A stretch of 64,000 nucleotides of DNA from Vulcanimicrobiota bacterium (GTDB taxonomy: Bacteria; Vulcanimicrobiota; Vulcanimicrobiia; Vulcanimicrobiales; Vulcanimicrobiaceae). Where the stretch lies: positions 480,001 through 544,000 of the forward strand of contig CAVZQC010000004.1 of assembly GCA_963777315.1 (NCBI GenBank), written 5' to 3'. Position 1 is the first letter of the stretch; every line of letters begins with the position of its first letter. The notes beneath the pieces are model-generated. The model saw only the letters and a program-made list of their open reading frames with translations, was not told where the DNA came from and ran no database searches. Shown here piece by piece: positions 51,658-62,194 of this stretch. Made by a program: the position numbers and the translations under genes.

Positions 51658-53598
51658 GTGAACGGGGTTACAGGCGGAAAGTCGGCCGTCACATGTGTTG
51701 CTATGCTGCTCTGGGCGGCCGTGTCGCTGACGCAATGCAACGGCACGCGCGCGGCGATCGCGACAAAACTGCAGCAAAGCTTTCATCCGTCGCCCGATTT
51801 ACGCACGGCCGGTGCGCCCATCGCGATTCCGCCGCCCAACGCTCCCCAGAAGCCTCCATCGGCCCGCTTGGCAACGTACCTATCCGATAGGCCCGATGTG
51901 GTAAACATTCCCGCCTTTTCACTTGCGACCGCGCAAACCGGTAGAGCGGCGGGGCTGTACCGGACCCTCAATCCGCAGGCTCTGCTCGCGACGTATTTCT
52001 CGTCACTGCGATACGACACGGGAATCCCAAGCGGCAGCCCGCATAGTTACGTTCGATGGATGGACGGGCACGAGCAGGATTTCGTCCATATTGGCGATCC
52101 GGGCATGCTGGCCGGGGCAGGCTCGTCTGCGACCTGCACGTGGACGTGGGAGCCGGATGCTCGAGGACCGTCGCAATATCGCGTGTTCGATGCCCGCGGG
52201 CATCTGCTCGCCACCGTGCCGGCCGGCGCGCAGCCGCAGTTCTCATCGGCAAATCCCTCCGGGCAGCGCGTGTACGTCGACAGCGTCCTCGGCGGCCAGG
52301 ATGTCTGGTACACCTCGATCGACAACGCGACCGGAAAACGGCGCCCCACTTCCTGCGCGCAGGCAGACGGAAATCAACCGTTGCTTTTGCACGCGCGATT
52401 CAGCCTCGCTCCCAATCCCCACCCAATCTTTCCTTCGCCGACTCCGCCGCCGGGTTCGACGGTGACCATCTGGGGTTCCGTCGACGAAGCCGGGGGTTCC
52501 GCGCACCCCAGCCTGCAGTGGCTTTACCACCCGACTGCCGATACGACTCCGAATTCGGTCGCGCTTGTCGGAGGACCGGTTCATTGGCGCGTGCCCGACG
52601 GCGTGACGTTTCAAAGTTCGAGCAAGCACTGGTACGGTTCGCCCGCATTGCGCTACTGTGACGATCGCGGCCGCTGCACCGATTGGTGGACGTCGAACGA
52701 AAACAATCGCTCGGCTTGGGGCGAATACAATTCACACACCAATTTCTTGAACGCGTGCTCTACCACGGAAAACGCCGATGCGGTTCGGATGCTGTTGCAT
52801 ATCCGTGGCATCATCGGCAACAGCGCCTTCGAGCTCGATAATATTCTGAGCAAGCTCGCCGATGCGCGTCCGGAAATTTTCCGCACTCAGAATCCGCAGA
52901 TGCCCAGCGACGACGACCTGCTTCGGTGCGTGGGCATCCAATGGCCTCGTTACGCCCTCGAGCATCTGCACGCGAACGGCATTTTGAGTATTCTCAACGG
53001 CGGTCCGCACGGCGCAGCGTTTTACGGCGACGGGAGAATCTACGAAGACGTGCCTTGGTCGGCCGGATTGGCGATGCCATACCCGTTTACGCTGGACGGG
53101 TGGCGCAAGGAAATGCAATGGATCTTGGACGATCTGAATGCAAGGAAAATCGTCTGGATGATCCCAACGGGCGATCAAGTGCCCGACGAGCTCGGCGCGC
53201 GAGTACGCGAGTACTCCTTTGCGATTTACGAATTGCTCAATCCATACCCAATGACCGGTTCGCCCGGCTTGTATTACGGCTTTAGCCAGATCGACGAGAC
53301 GCTGTTTCCCGAGATGTTCACGGACTTGGGCCGGCCCGTCATCGCTCGGCCGAGGAACCTGGCCGAGCTCTATAATGCGCGGGACGGGATGTATGAACGC
53401 GAGTACTCCGGCGCCACGGTTTATGTCTGTCCTCCTGGCGACGACGACTGCAAGCCCATCGAGGTGCAGACCCGCCGCTATTTTTCACAAGCGTCCGCAC
53501 AAGCGCTCGGGCGGGGCGGCACTCGTAGCTTCGTACCGGTAAACGGAGTCACGCTTCATCCGGGGCAAGGCGCCATCCTCACGCATTCTCCGAACTAG
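51658..53598 (+). CDS. Secreted (possibly lipo-) protein, putative glycoside hydrolase-like
   Basis: Signal peptide (LTQC); C-terminal DLGRP...YEREYSGATVYV..VTLHPGQGAIL; paralog of 53605-55527. Confidence 0.6.
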   Translation: MNGVTGGKSAVTCVAMLLWAAVSLTQCNGTRAAIATKLQQSFHPSPDLRTAGAPIAIPPPNAPQKPPSARLATYLSDRPDVVNIPAFSLATAQTGRAAGLYRTLNPQALLATYFSSLRYDTGIPSGSPHSYVRWMDGHEQDFVHIGDPGMLAGAGSSATCTWTWEPDARGPSQYRVFDARGHLLATVPAGAQPQFSSANPSGQRVYVDSVLGGQDVWYTSIDNATGKRRPTSCAQADGNQPLLLHARFSLAPNPHPIFPSPTPPPGSTVTIWGSVDEAGGSAHPSLQWLYHPTADTTPNSVALVGGPVHWRVPDGVTFQSSSKHWYGSPALRYCDDRGRCTDWWTSNENNRSAWGEYNSHTNFLNACSTTENADAVRMLLHIRGIIGNSAFELDNILSKLADARPEIFRTQNPQMPSDDDLLRCVGIQWPRYALEHLHANGILSILNGGPHGAAFYGDGRIYEDVPWSAGLAMPYPFTLDGWRKEMQWILDDLNARKIVWMIPTGDQVPDELGARVREYSFAIYELLNPYPMTGSPGLYYGFSQIDETLFPEMFTDLGRPVIARPRNLAELYNARDGMYEREYSGATVYVCPPGDDDCKPIEVQTRRYFSQASAQALGRGGTRSFVPVNGVTLHPGQGAILTHSPN

Positions 53599-53604
53599 TA
53601 CTCC

Positions 53605-55527
53605 CTAGCGAATGAGGATCGCCGCCTGATGCGGCAGCAGTTGAACCTGCGTCACCAACGTCGTTTCGATGGAACCGCCGTGCTCGACGGCTCCGCCGGC
53701 CAAGCGCACTTGCTTGTACGCCGCGCCCAATTGAATGACCGGAGTGATAGCCGTTGAGCTCGGATTCACTATCACCCGGCCGTTTGCGAAGGTTCGTTCA
53801 TATGCCTGGTCGGCGGCAACGTATGCCTGCGCAATCGTCGTGAAGTTTTGCTCCGCCGGGCCTAGACTCAGCCCGTATTCCGGGTAGTAGTATCCCAGTC
53901 CGGCGGAAGTCTCCAAGTCGTAATAGAGATTCCGGTTCTGGATGAGCAAGTACGTTCCCAGAATGTACGAGCGCGCCGCGGTGTCCGATTCGCTTGCGTC
54001 CACCAGCATGCGGGACCCAATGTTATACTGCTGGGTTATGGTCAATGCACTATTCACGCTGCTTTGCCAGTACCATTCGGGTGCGTATCCCCAGCTGTTT
54101 ACGTCGTAGGCGATTTCCTCGATCTCACCGCGTTGAACGTACGGCACATACGCCGTTGCCGCGGGGTCCGAAAAGGCGTTCGCGCAGATCGAATATCCCG
54201 AACCGATGTGGGAACGCAAATATGCCAGGTGCGAGATCATATTGTTCAAATAGCCGTTCGCGCTGTACCCGGCGGGAAAAGCTTCCGGGCGTGCCCCGTC
54301 CAGCTTCGTGCCGACGTCGTCGAGCAGTACGCCTTTGTAACCCGCAGCCAGCCTGCCGGCGATATAATCGGTCAGCAAGGAATGCCACATCGGCGAACCG
54401 GCATCCATGACGTAATTGTTGGCATAAACGCCGAAATGCAATCGGTTATTCGGCGCGGTGACGTAATACGACTGATTCGCCTGAGTCGGCAAAACCGCGT
54501 TGCCGGTCGCGTCCGCTACGCGAAAGGCTATCCCGCCGTAGTATCCCGAGGGAATCGTGACCGTTGCGCTGCCTTGATAATACCCGCCTCCCACGCTGTT
54601 CATTGCCGTGCTGGACGGCGGCGTGGTGGGATGCGGCTTGACCAACGTCTGCAGCAGCAGCGAGCTGGGCAACGCTGCACCCGAAGCGTGGGCACGAACC
54701 GTAAGCGTAACGTTCGCTCCGGGTGCAATCGGAACGTTGGTGCTGTACGTCGGCGAATCGAGAACGAACCCCGACGGCACGCCCGCAGCGGCGGACTGGA
54801 CACCCGAATAGACGCTGTCCGAGCCGTTGAGCAATGAGTGCACGGCGAAGTAGTACGTCGTGCCGTCGCTCAGACCGCTCGCGCTGTAAGACGACGCCGA
54901 ATTCGGCAAAGTCGCCACCGCAGTGAGCGATTGCGGCGAAGTGCCTTCATACACGACGTAGCCTGACAGCGGGACGCCCATGGCTGCGCGCGCATCGACA
55001 TTCCAATGCAGCGTTACCGCACCTTCTTGCGGTTGCGTTGTCAGCGAAGCGGGGTCGGCGCCGTGCGAAAACGCGTCCTCGTGCACATTGACGGTATTCC
55101 AATCGGGTTGCGCGCCGCCGCCGTTCATGACTTCGCGGACGGCGGAAATGTAAAAATCGACATATGACGCACGCAATGCCGAAAGCGCACCGGGATCTTG
55201 CTGAGTGACCCACTGCATGCGACCGGTGTAGGAGTCCATCAAGTCGCCGTAGCCCGCAGACAATACGACCGCCGGTCCGCCTGAACCGCCCGGCGTTGAC
55301 GTGGGTACCGGTGCAGGTGTGGGCGTAGACGTTCGCGGCGGCGCCGACGATTGCGGCGACGGAGTGGGTTGTACCGTCTGACCGTTCTGTCCGGGTTGTC
55401 CGGGGCCGGTCTTCTGCGGCGTACTGGGCAGCATTCCGCCGCCGCCGCCGCCTCCTCCGCACGCGGAAAGCATCGCTGCGCAAAGTGCAAATAAAACTAT
55501 TTTGTACGCGAAAGACGCTGAGCGCAT
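53605..55527 (-). CDS. Lipoprotein, putative glycoside hydrolase (GHL15-like) with an inserted Fn3 domain
   Basis: Lipobox LSAC + poly-Gly + Pro/Thr linker; Fn3 (VTLHW..GYVVY..GLSDGTTYYFAV); GYKGVLLDD; YPEYGLSLG..YERTFANGRVIVNP. Confidence 0.65.
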   Translation of the reverse strand: MRSASFAYKIVLFALCAAMLSACGGGGGGGGMLPSTPQKTGPGQPGQNGQTVQPTPSPQSSAPPRTSTPTPAPVPTSTPGGSGGPAVVLSAGYGDLMDSYTGRMQWVTQQDPGALSALRASYVDFYISAVREVMNGGGAQPDWNTVNVHEDAFSHGADPASLTTQPQEGAVTLHWNVDARAAMGVPLSGYVVYEGTSPQSLTAVATLPNSASSYSASGLSDGTTYYFAVHSLLNGSDSVYSGVQSAAAGVPSGFVLDSPTYSTNVPIAPGANVTLTVRAHASGAALPSSLLLQTLVKPHPTTPPSSTAMNSVGGGYYQGSATVTIPSGYYGGIAFRVADATGNAVLPTQANQSYYVTAPNNRLHFGVYANNYVMDAGSPMWHSLLTDYIAGRLAAGYKGVLLDDVGTKLDGARPEAFPAGYSANGYLNNMISHLAYLRSHIGSGYSICANAFSDPAATAYVPYVQRGEIEEIAYDVNSWGYAPEWYWQSSVNSALTITQQYNIGSRMLVDASESDTAARSYILGTYLLIQNRNLYYDLETSAGLGYYYPEYGLSLGPAEQNFTTIAQAYVAADQAYERTFANGRVIVNPSSTAITPVIQLGAAYKQVRLAGGAVEHGGSIETTLVTQVQLLPHQAAILIR

Positions 55528-55610
55528 TGGCTCCCCCGGCTTGAATCAGACTGTTCCGATTCAATAATTCGGGGAAGATTGAGTCAGGATTCGACTCTTT
55601 TACGAATCGA

Positions 55611-57481
55611 TTACCGCCCGGGCTTGACCGTTGACGCGTTAACGCTTCTCGATCCCGCCGCTTGGCCCCAAATCCGCGCGATCGTTTCCAGACATAACGA
55701 GCGCGCGTACCGCCGGCGTACGTATGCTGCCGCCGCCGTTTGCGCAAGCAAATTTCCCTGCATGTGACTCCTAACGAGATCGCCCAGTTGCTGCTCCACG
55801 ATCGAATAGTCCTCGGCATGACGCGTGTACGGAAACTCTTGCGTCCAAATCACGTGACGCCCGTACGAAAGGGCTTCGAGCACCATAAGCGAGAGATCGT
55901 CGTGTTCTTCGCAGCGAACCAGCGCGCTGCAAGTTTCGTAGACGTTTTGGAGCGAGCGATGCCATCCAAGATTGACGACGTCGTCGCCTGCCGAAACGTT
56001 TAGCGTCCCCCCGCCGACGATTACGAACTTTACGCCCCGTCCGCGAAAAGCGCCGATAAGCCGCTCATAGCTGCGGGCGACATGCGACCCTTTATGCCGG
56101 GGCGCGACGTACAGCAGCACGGTGAAAACCTCCGGCATTTCGCATATGCTGCCCGTGCAAAGATGCGGGGGTAACGGTGCGACGCTGGCGCGCAATCCCA
56201 ATTTTCGCAACTCTTCGGCGGTCCAGTCCGCGCCGGCGACATGATGAACGTGAGCCCTCGTCAACATCTGCATGCGGCCGGGCGTTTCGGCAAGGCGCGT
56301 GACGTCGTTGCGGGACCAATGCATGACGCGCGGCTTGCGCAGCCCGTCCGCCAGCAGCTCAAGAGCGCGCGGCCCGGGTGCGGGCCCTATCGTGTACCAG
56401 AGCCGGCTGCAGCACATTTTCACAAGCGATAACACGACGTCGAACCGCGAACCGAACGCGAGCAGCCGGTGGCGCCATCCCGTGACGCCCGCTTCAGCCG
56501 GTTCGAAAAACTCGGCCACGAACAGTTTTCTGCCGGATATTGCAACGGTTCCCTGGCGGCCGGGCACGCGCCGAACGCGCGGGTGAGCGGCGCTTAGTGC
56601 GCGTTCGATTCCGTGCACGATGCGTTGCGGGGAAAAATGCCGGGCTACGAACTCCAGGCCGTCGACGTTCAGCCCAAGTGCTCCGCTTTCGTACTCCGAG
56701 CGCAGCCGGCCGAGGGCTGCAATAAGCTGCCCTTCATCGTCAGCCCGCACCACGCCGGGCAAGGCGCGGTTGCGTATCACGTACCTGCCCGCGGCAAGCG
56801 TCTCGAGCACCATGCGCGACATTCCGTCGTGCTCGGGCATTCGGACGAGGACGACGGAATCGTTCAAAACAGGTTCGATGTTCCCGAGCTGGCCGAGAAA
56901 TTCGACATTTGCGGGAGCGTCAAAATCGGATTTTCCGTTCCCTACTACGCGAAACGGAACGTCCGGAAAACGGCGTGCCGCCTGGTACACTAGGCGCGCA
57001 CCGTAAAAATCGCGTCGCGGCGAAGGCAGGTACGTTATCGCCGAGAACCGCGCCGGGAACTCTTTGGCCGGTTCTTCCACCGGCACGCCCAAAACCGGAA
57101 CGTAATGCGCGTCGATCCCGAGCGTACGTAATTCATCGGCCAGCCAGGGCGCGTCGGCAATATGATAATAGGCTTTGTGCCGCAGCAGCGCCGATCCGTA
57201 TGCGTCGCCAACGGCTTGTACTACGTCGCTGCCGCCCCAAATAACGATGACGGGAATGTGCCGCAACCGCGCGATGGCGGCATACATGGGATGAGGCTCG
57301 GGGCCGCCGAACGTTACGAACGCGTCTGCACCCCGCAGCAGTCCAAGCGACGTGCGCGCAACATCGATCTTTCCGGCGCCAAAATTCGTGAACTCCAGCT
57401 TGCGGAATAGGCATTCACCAATTGCGCCGTCATGCGTGCGTGATACGGCCACCCGACGATCAATGCGCGCTTCTTCCGCAT
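55611..57481 (-). CDS. Tandem two-domain GT4-like glycosyltransferase; probable -1 frameshift near 57381-57397
   Basis: Two repeats (WGGSDV..HDGMSRMVLE and HWSRNDV..HDDLSLMVLE); the upstream ATG with AAGAGG RBS encodes MRKKRALIVGWP, which aligns with the paralog N-terminus. Confidence 0.7.
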
Positions 57482-57495
57482 GCCGGCTCGCCTCT

Positions 57496-58482
57496 TTAGC
57501 GCACGGTCAGACGAATCCCGTATCGACGAACGAACACGACGAAATCATCTATATACGGGGCCGAAGTTGCTCGAATAATGGTTCTGGCCTCATGGTCGAG
57601 GATCGATATGCCGCGGCCAAGTATAGCATCCTGCTCTTGCGGAGCGAGGCGCCGATTTACCAAGAACAGAAGATCGCAGGTTTTAAGACTCGCGTCGGAA
57701 TCGACGGCAATGCAATGGCCGAACATAAGCCTGCCGTCGGCCAGCTGAGGCGATTGCGACGCACCTGGGATCGGCCGGAATTTCGGGTACTCCTCTAAAA
57801 CGTGCTTTGCGCGAGCCAGCTTATCTTGCGGCTCGAGCGCCTGGACGGCATGCGCGTCGACGACTTTGGCGAGCATCCCCGAAGCTAATGCGTTGGGTGG
57901 GACGGACTTGGTGACGACGGCACCCGGACCGACGATGGCGTTTTTACCGATGACGACGTTAGGAAGAACGAACACCTGCCATGCCAGCCAAGCATCGTCC
58001 TCCAAAACGACCGGCCCATAACTGACCGGACCCCCGTTTAAAAAATCGGCCCAGACGCCATGAGTGAAGACCAAAGCGTGGCCGCCGATGCCGACGTGGT
58101 TTCCGATGTCTATGCCCTCCCCGGGTTCGATCCAGCAGAATGGGCCAAAGCGGCAATGGTCTCCGACAGTGATTCGTGAGCGCGGCGTCAGAGCGGAGTA
58201 GATAACCGCCGTTGAAGCGATGTACACATACCGGCCGATGCGTACGTCGCCCGCGCTGCACGCGGAAAACGCCTTTATTTGCGTGCGATCGCCGATGACC
58301 AACGCGTTCGCACGGAGCAACGCAAACGGGCCGATGCTGACGTTCTTTCCGATGTCGATCGTTTTCGCACGCAAAATGGTTCCAAAGCCTATGCGCGTTC
58401 CGGCGCCGATCTTTGCGCCGAGTATCCGGCGGACGAGCACGTGCAAGAACGATGGACACAGCGCGAGTAGATAATCAAGCAC
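57496..58482 (-). CDS. Hexapeptide-repeat (LbH) acyltransferase with C-terminal extension
   Basis: Repeated IG..xx hexapeptides, VFTHG, GPVVLEDDAWL, IVGPGAVVTKSVP. Confidence 0.85.
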   Translation of the reverse strand: MLDYLLALCPSFLHVLVRRILGAKIGAGTRIGFGTILRAKTIDIGKNVSIGPFALLRANALVIGDRTQIKAFSACSAGDVRIGRYVYIASTAVIYSALTPRSRITVGDHCRFGPFCWIEPGEGIDIGNHVGIGGHALVFTHGVWADFLNGGPVSYGPVVLEDDAWLAWQVFVLPNVVIGKNAIVGPGAVVTKSVPPNALASGMLAKVVDAHAVQALEPQDKLARAKHVLEEYPKFRPIPGASQSPQLADGRLMFGHCIAVDSDASLKTCDLLFLVNRRLAPQEQDAILGRGISILDHEARTIIRATSAPYIDDFVVFVRRYGIRLTVR

Positions 58483-60010
58483 CCTGGCTGGCCGCCATAC
58501 CTCGTTTTGCGTCCGCGCCGGTTCGCAACAAGCCTGCGGACGCGTAACGATCGAAAACGCAGCTGGCGAGATCTGCCGCCGTCGTCCATTTGTCGCCTTC
58601 TCGTTTGAGTTGCCAATAAAGGTTTCCGATGGACTTTGGGAGTTGGCCGCCTTCGAACGCCGTATTGTGCCACAGGACGCTGACGCCGCCCGAACCGAAC
58701 GTGCGTACTGCGTCGAGAATTCTTTCGCAAATCGCTCGGTGTGAATGCGTGGATCGATCCTGTGCGTACAGCGAGCCGTCCATGATCGCAAGCGGAATCT
58801 CTAGGAATGCGTACGCGCGTTCTTCGGAAAAGCAGTACGGAGGATATGGAAAACACGCCCCGTTGCGGAAGCCCGCACGTTCCGAGTAGCCGGCCGTGGA
58901 GTCATATAGAACGCCGATGCGTTCAAGCTTGTCGTACAGGCGAGAGCCGGAATGGCGCAGCCAATGCTGGCGTACGCCTACGGGGTGAAAGCCCTGCGCC
59001 CTTAGGGCTTGAAATTCGTCCGACAGTCCGGTGGGCGAGTCCAGACTCGTATAACTGCCGTGCACGGCAATTTCGGCTCCGGACGAGTTCAACTCCCTGA
59101 GTAGGCGCAGCACGCGCGAATCGCTCAGGATATAGTTTGCATCGCGCGAATGCCGGCGTTCGCACAGCACGTTGAACGTAGAATCGATGCGAGCGCTGCG
59201 CTCAAGGGAACGCAGCATCGGGATATAGTTCAGCGGCGATCGCATCCGCCCAACGCCGACCACGGCAGATCGGGCAATGCCCGCTGCAAGCTTCGGATCG
59301 TGCGACGCGATAGCGGCTTTGACGATATTCTTTACGAGTCGCCTTGCGCTGTCGACCGGCGACAGCGGAATGAAATCCAAATCGTGAGAAGCCGCGATGA
59401 GCGTATGGTTGGTACCATTCCAACCTCGCGGAGACTCGGGCAGCCAATGGAACGTGCCGCGCAGCCGGGCGTTGAACTCGTACATCGCGATCGCTGCGTA
59501 CGGTACGCAAGGATCCAACGTGAATCGCCCATGCAGCGTGCAGCGGTACGGAACGCGCCCAACTTCGTCCCGCTCCGTAACTGCATACTCGTCTGCACCG
59601 GAGAGCCACTCGAACAGCTCCCCGAGCCAGTCTGCGCCGGCCGATGAATCCGGTGTGAAGTGCGGGAAACGCTCGGCGGCGATGCGCCGATAGACCTTGC
59701 GCGGCGGCAACGCGCCGTAGCGCGGCGGTGGAGCATGCCGGTCCGGCGGTCGAGCGACGTAGGACGCAGGCACGGCCATACCTTGACCGCCGTCGTGCCG
59801 TCCACCGTACCGCACCTGCAACGATGCCGCGTTTTCGCGTTCACCGTCTGCGGCGACCGCATAGCCGTAAACGGCGCAAAAAACCGCAAAGGCGTACGAG
59901 ATGCGCGCTTTTGCCGCCGAGTCAACTTGCTCGTCGAAACTCAAGCGGAGAACAACTTGCGAAGTCTTATCCCGTTGCGGTGCCGCTTCCAATCTTCCGT
60001 TCCAATGCAT
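58475..60010 (-). CDS. Polysaccharide deacetylase-like protein with an N-terminal extra domain
   Basis: SHDLD, EIAVHGSY, GVRQHWLR, YDST.GY, GFRNG, EIPLAIMD, LWHN; start uncertain. Confidence 0.82.
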   Translation of the reverse strand: MHWNGRLEAAPQRDKTSQVVLRLSFDEQVDSAAKARISYAFAVFCAVYGYAVAADGERENAASLQVRYGGRHDGGQGMAVPASYVARPPDRHAPPPRYGALPPRKVYRRIAAERFPHFTPDSSAGADWLGELFEWLSGADEYAVTERDEVGRVPYRCTLHGRFTLDPCVPYAAIAMYEFNARLRGTFHWLPESPRGWNGTNHTLIAASHDLDFIPLSPVDSARRLVKNIVKAAIASHDPKLAAGIARSAVVGVGRMRSPLNYIPMLRSLERSARIDSTFNVLCERRHSRDANYILSDSRVLRLLRELNSSGAEIAVHGSYTSLDSPTGLSDEFQALRAQGFHPVGVRQHWLRHSGSRLYDKLERIGVLYDSTAGYSERAGFRNGACFPYPPYCFSEERAYAFLEIPLAIMDGSLYAQDRSTHSHRAICERILDAVRTFGSGGVSVLWHNTAFEGGQLPKSIGNLYWQLKREGDKWTTAADLASCVFDRYASAGLLRTGADAKRGMAASQGA

Positions 60011-60221
60011 CGGCAATCTCGCCGATGGTCGAGAATTTCTCCATGTCCTCCGGCGCCAGCTCGATGCCGAAACGTTCTTCTAGCGCCAGTATCAGGTACA
60101 GCTGGTAGGTAGAGTCCCATTGCTCGACGGTATCAGGCGATGATTGCGTCGTTATGGCTTCGTCGGGCACACCAAATACTTGCGCCGCGGTCTGCCTGAC
60201 CGCGTCCGATATCGCACTCAC
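59967..60221 (-). CDS. Acyl carrier protein
   Basis: WDS phosphopantetheine Ser motif, LILALEERFGIEL; GTG overlaps the FkbH stop. Confidence 0.9.
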   Translation of the reverse strand: MSAISDAVRQTAAQVFGVPDEAITTQSSPDTVEQWDSTYQLYLILALEERFGIELAPEDMEKFSTIGEIADALERKIGSGTATG

Positions 60222-62081
60222 GCAGACACCTCGGCTGATGACACGGCAACCCATTCTGGCACCATTATCCTGCTCCTGTCGAGCGCCAGCTCCCATCTTT
60301 CACTCGTATCGTCCCGTTCCACGGCAGCGAAGCCATGATCCCGATAAAACGACCGTGCCGGCTCGTTTTTGCTGGTCCGGTAAAAATCCCCGACGAGCAC
60401 CGCTTTTCCACGCGCACAAGCCTCATCGGCAACGTGGGCAAGCAGCGCCGTTTCGATTCCGCGTCCGATGACGCGGCAGCTTAAAAGGAACGTGTCGATG
60501 ATGCATCGCTCGTCCTCGTCTCGCGTTATCGCCAGACCCACGATCCCGTTGTCGCCGAAACGATCGCGGACTCGCACCGTTCGAATCGTACACGCAGGAT
60601 CGCTGCCCAAACGCCAGAGCTGCTCCTCGCTGTAGCGCCGTGTAGTCAGATTGAATTGATTGGTCTTTTGCGTGAGTTGAGCGGCGCGCGCAAGCGTCAG
60701 AGCCGTTACCGGCGCAACCTCGGCGCGCTGGTGAAGCGAACGGAAGAAGTCTTCCTTGGATTCGACTGAAGCCAGCAACTCCGAACGCTGCTGCTCCTGG
60801 CGATAGTAGCCGGCCCGCGCCGCATCTTCGCTCGATAGGTCCAAACGTTCAAAGAACGGAGATTCGAGAATTGACTGCGCGTAGCGCACCGGATCCTCCG
60901 GCAGTTCAATGACGCGCACGCTTGGCGACGCAGATCGCACCTGCGCTCGTTCCACGGGATTGTCGTCGATGAATGCGATTGCATCGATTCCCACGTTTAG
61001 CTCGTTTTGCCAGAGCTTCGAGGTTCTGCGCCTTCGAATCCCAATTGATTCGCATGGCGGCAAAATGCTCGGAGTGAAGCAGCATGTCGGGGTGCCGGTC
61101 CAGGACCTCGATCGCATCGGCATGGTTGTTCTTGCTGCAGATAGCCAGCACGATGCCGCGCCGGCGCAGCGCTAGAAGAGCGCGCTGGAGCTCACGATAG
61201 GGTTGGCCTCCCATTTCGGCGCTTAGGCGAATTCCGGAAAAGCCGTCCTCGCCAACGATGCCGCCCCACAGCGTGTTGTCCAGATCCACGGCCGCTACTT
61301 TCGCGACTACGCCGCTCAGCGGCTGAATGAATTTGAGCCACTCGTTGACCAGATGGCGCATATTCCCCGCAGCCGTGGCAACGCGATAGCGCTCCCATTT
61401 CAGGGGATCGCCCCAAACACTGCGCCCGTGCCGCGCCGTCAGGGCATCATAATCGAGCATGTGTACGCCGCGGTGCCCTCGCGTCAGCTCCTTGAGTCTG
61501 TCGTTGAGGCTCGCGATGCAAGCCGTTTGCGACCGCTGCGCCCGCGACTCGTAGACGCCAAGCACGGTCGCAGGCGGCATGTCGAACGAGTGAATGACCA
61601 GCTGCGCGTCGCTGTGATTACGAAAAGCGGTAATCAAGCCGGCAATGTGCGTGAAGGCATCGTCTTCAGCGGCACGTAAAGGGGTCTCGCCGGGATCGTC
61701 GGGCGCCCAAAGCTGCGGAGCCACCGAAGCGGTGTTCGTTGCGAGAATGACGATCTGGGGTGCAAAGCAATACAGCGCGCTCTGCTCGTCCAGCAGTTCG
61801 GCGGCATAGGCGTTAAACTCACCGGTGCGAACGATGAGTTCAAGCCCGTTGACGAACGCGGCCGCCCGCAGCAACGGCAGCAACGGTTCGACCGTGAACG
61901 AGCGCGCGATAAAGACGCGCTGGGGAATTGTTTGGACTCGATCGCGATAACGCTCGTATTTCGTCACGACGTATAATGCCGTAGCAACGTCCGGCGTTTC
62001 GTACCAAGCTCGAACCAAGGCGTCGAATGCCTCGGATAAGCGGCCGTCGCTAAATAACTGCTCGAGTTCGCTGCGATCCAT
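60218..62081 (-). CDS. FkbH-like HAD-IIIC protein (glyceryl-ACP synthase type); +1 frameshift at ~61004
   Basis: DLDNTLWGGIVGEDG, CSKN, FIDDNPVER, QLTQKTNQFNLTT, DRFGDNG, LLSCRVIGR. Confidence 0.92.
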
Positions 62082-62194
62082 ATTTCTCAAAATTCATTCG
62101 ACAAGCGCTGAAGCCTGCGCCTAAGCGCCTCCAAGCACGCTCCGCGCCTCGCTATTCCACAGGAACGCCACAAGGAAACCCTAATGTTTTTGCC

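Noticed and set aside
55436..55459. GCC/GGC trinucleotide run as a contingency repeat
   Set aside because: It is an in-frame, imperfect poly-Gly linker after a lipobox, which is common in lipoproteins.
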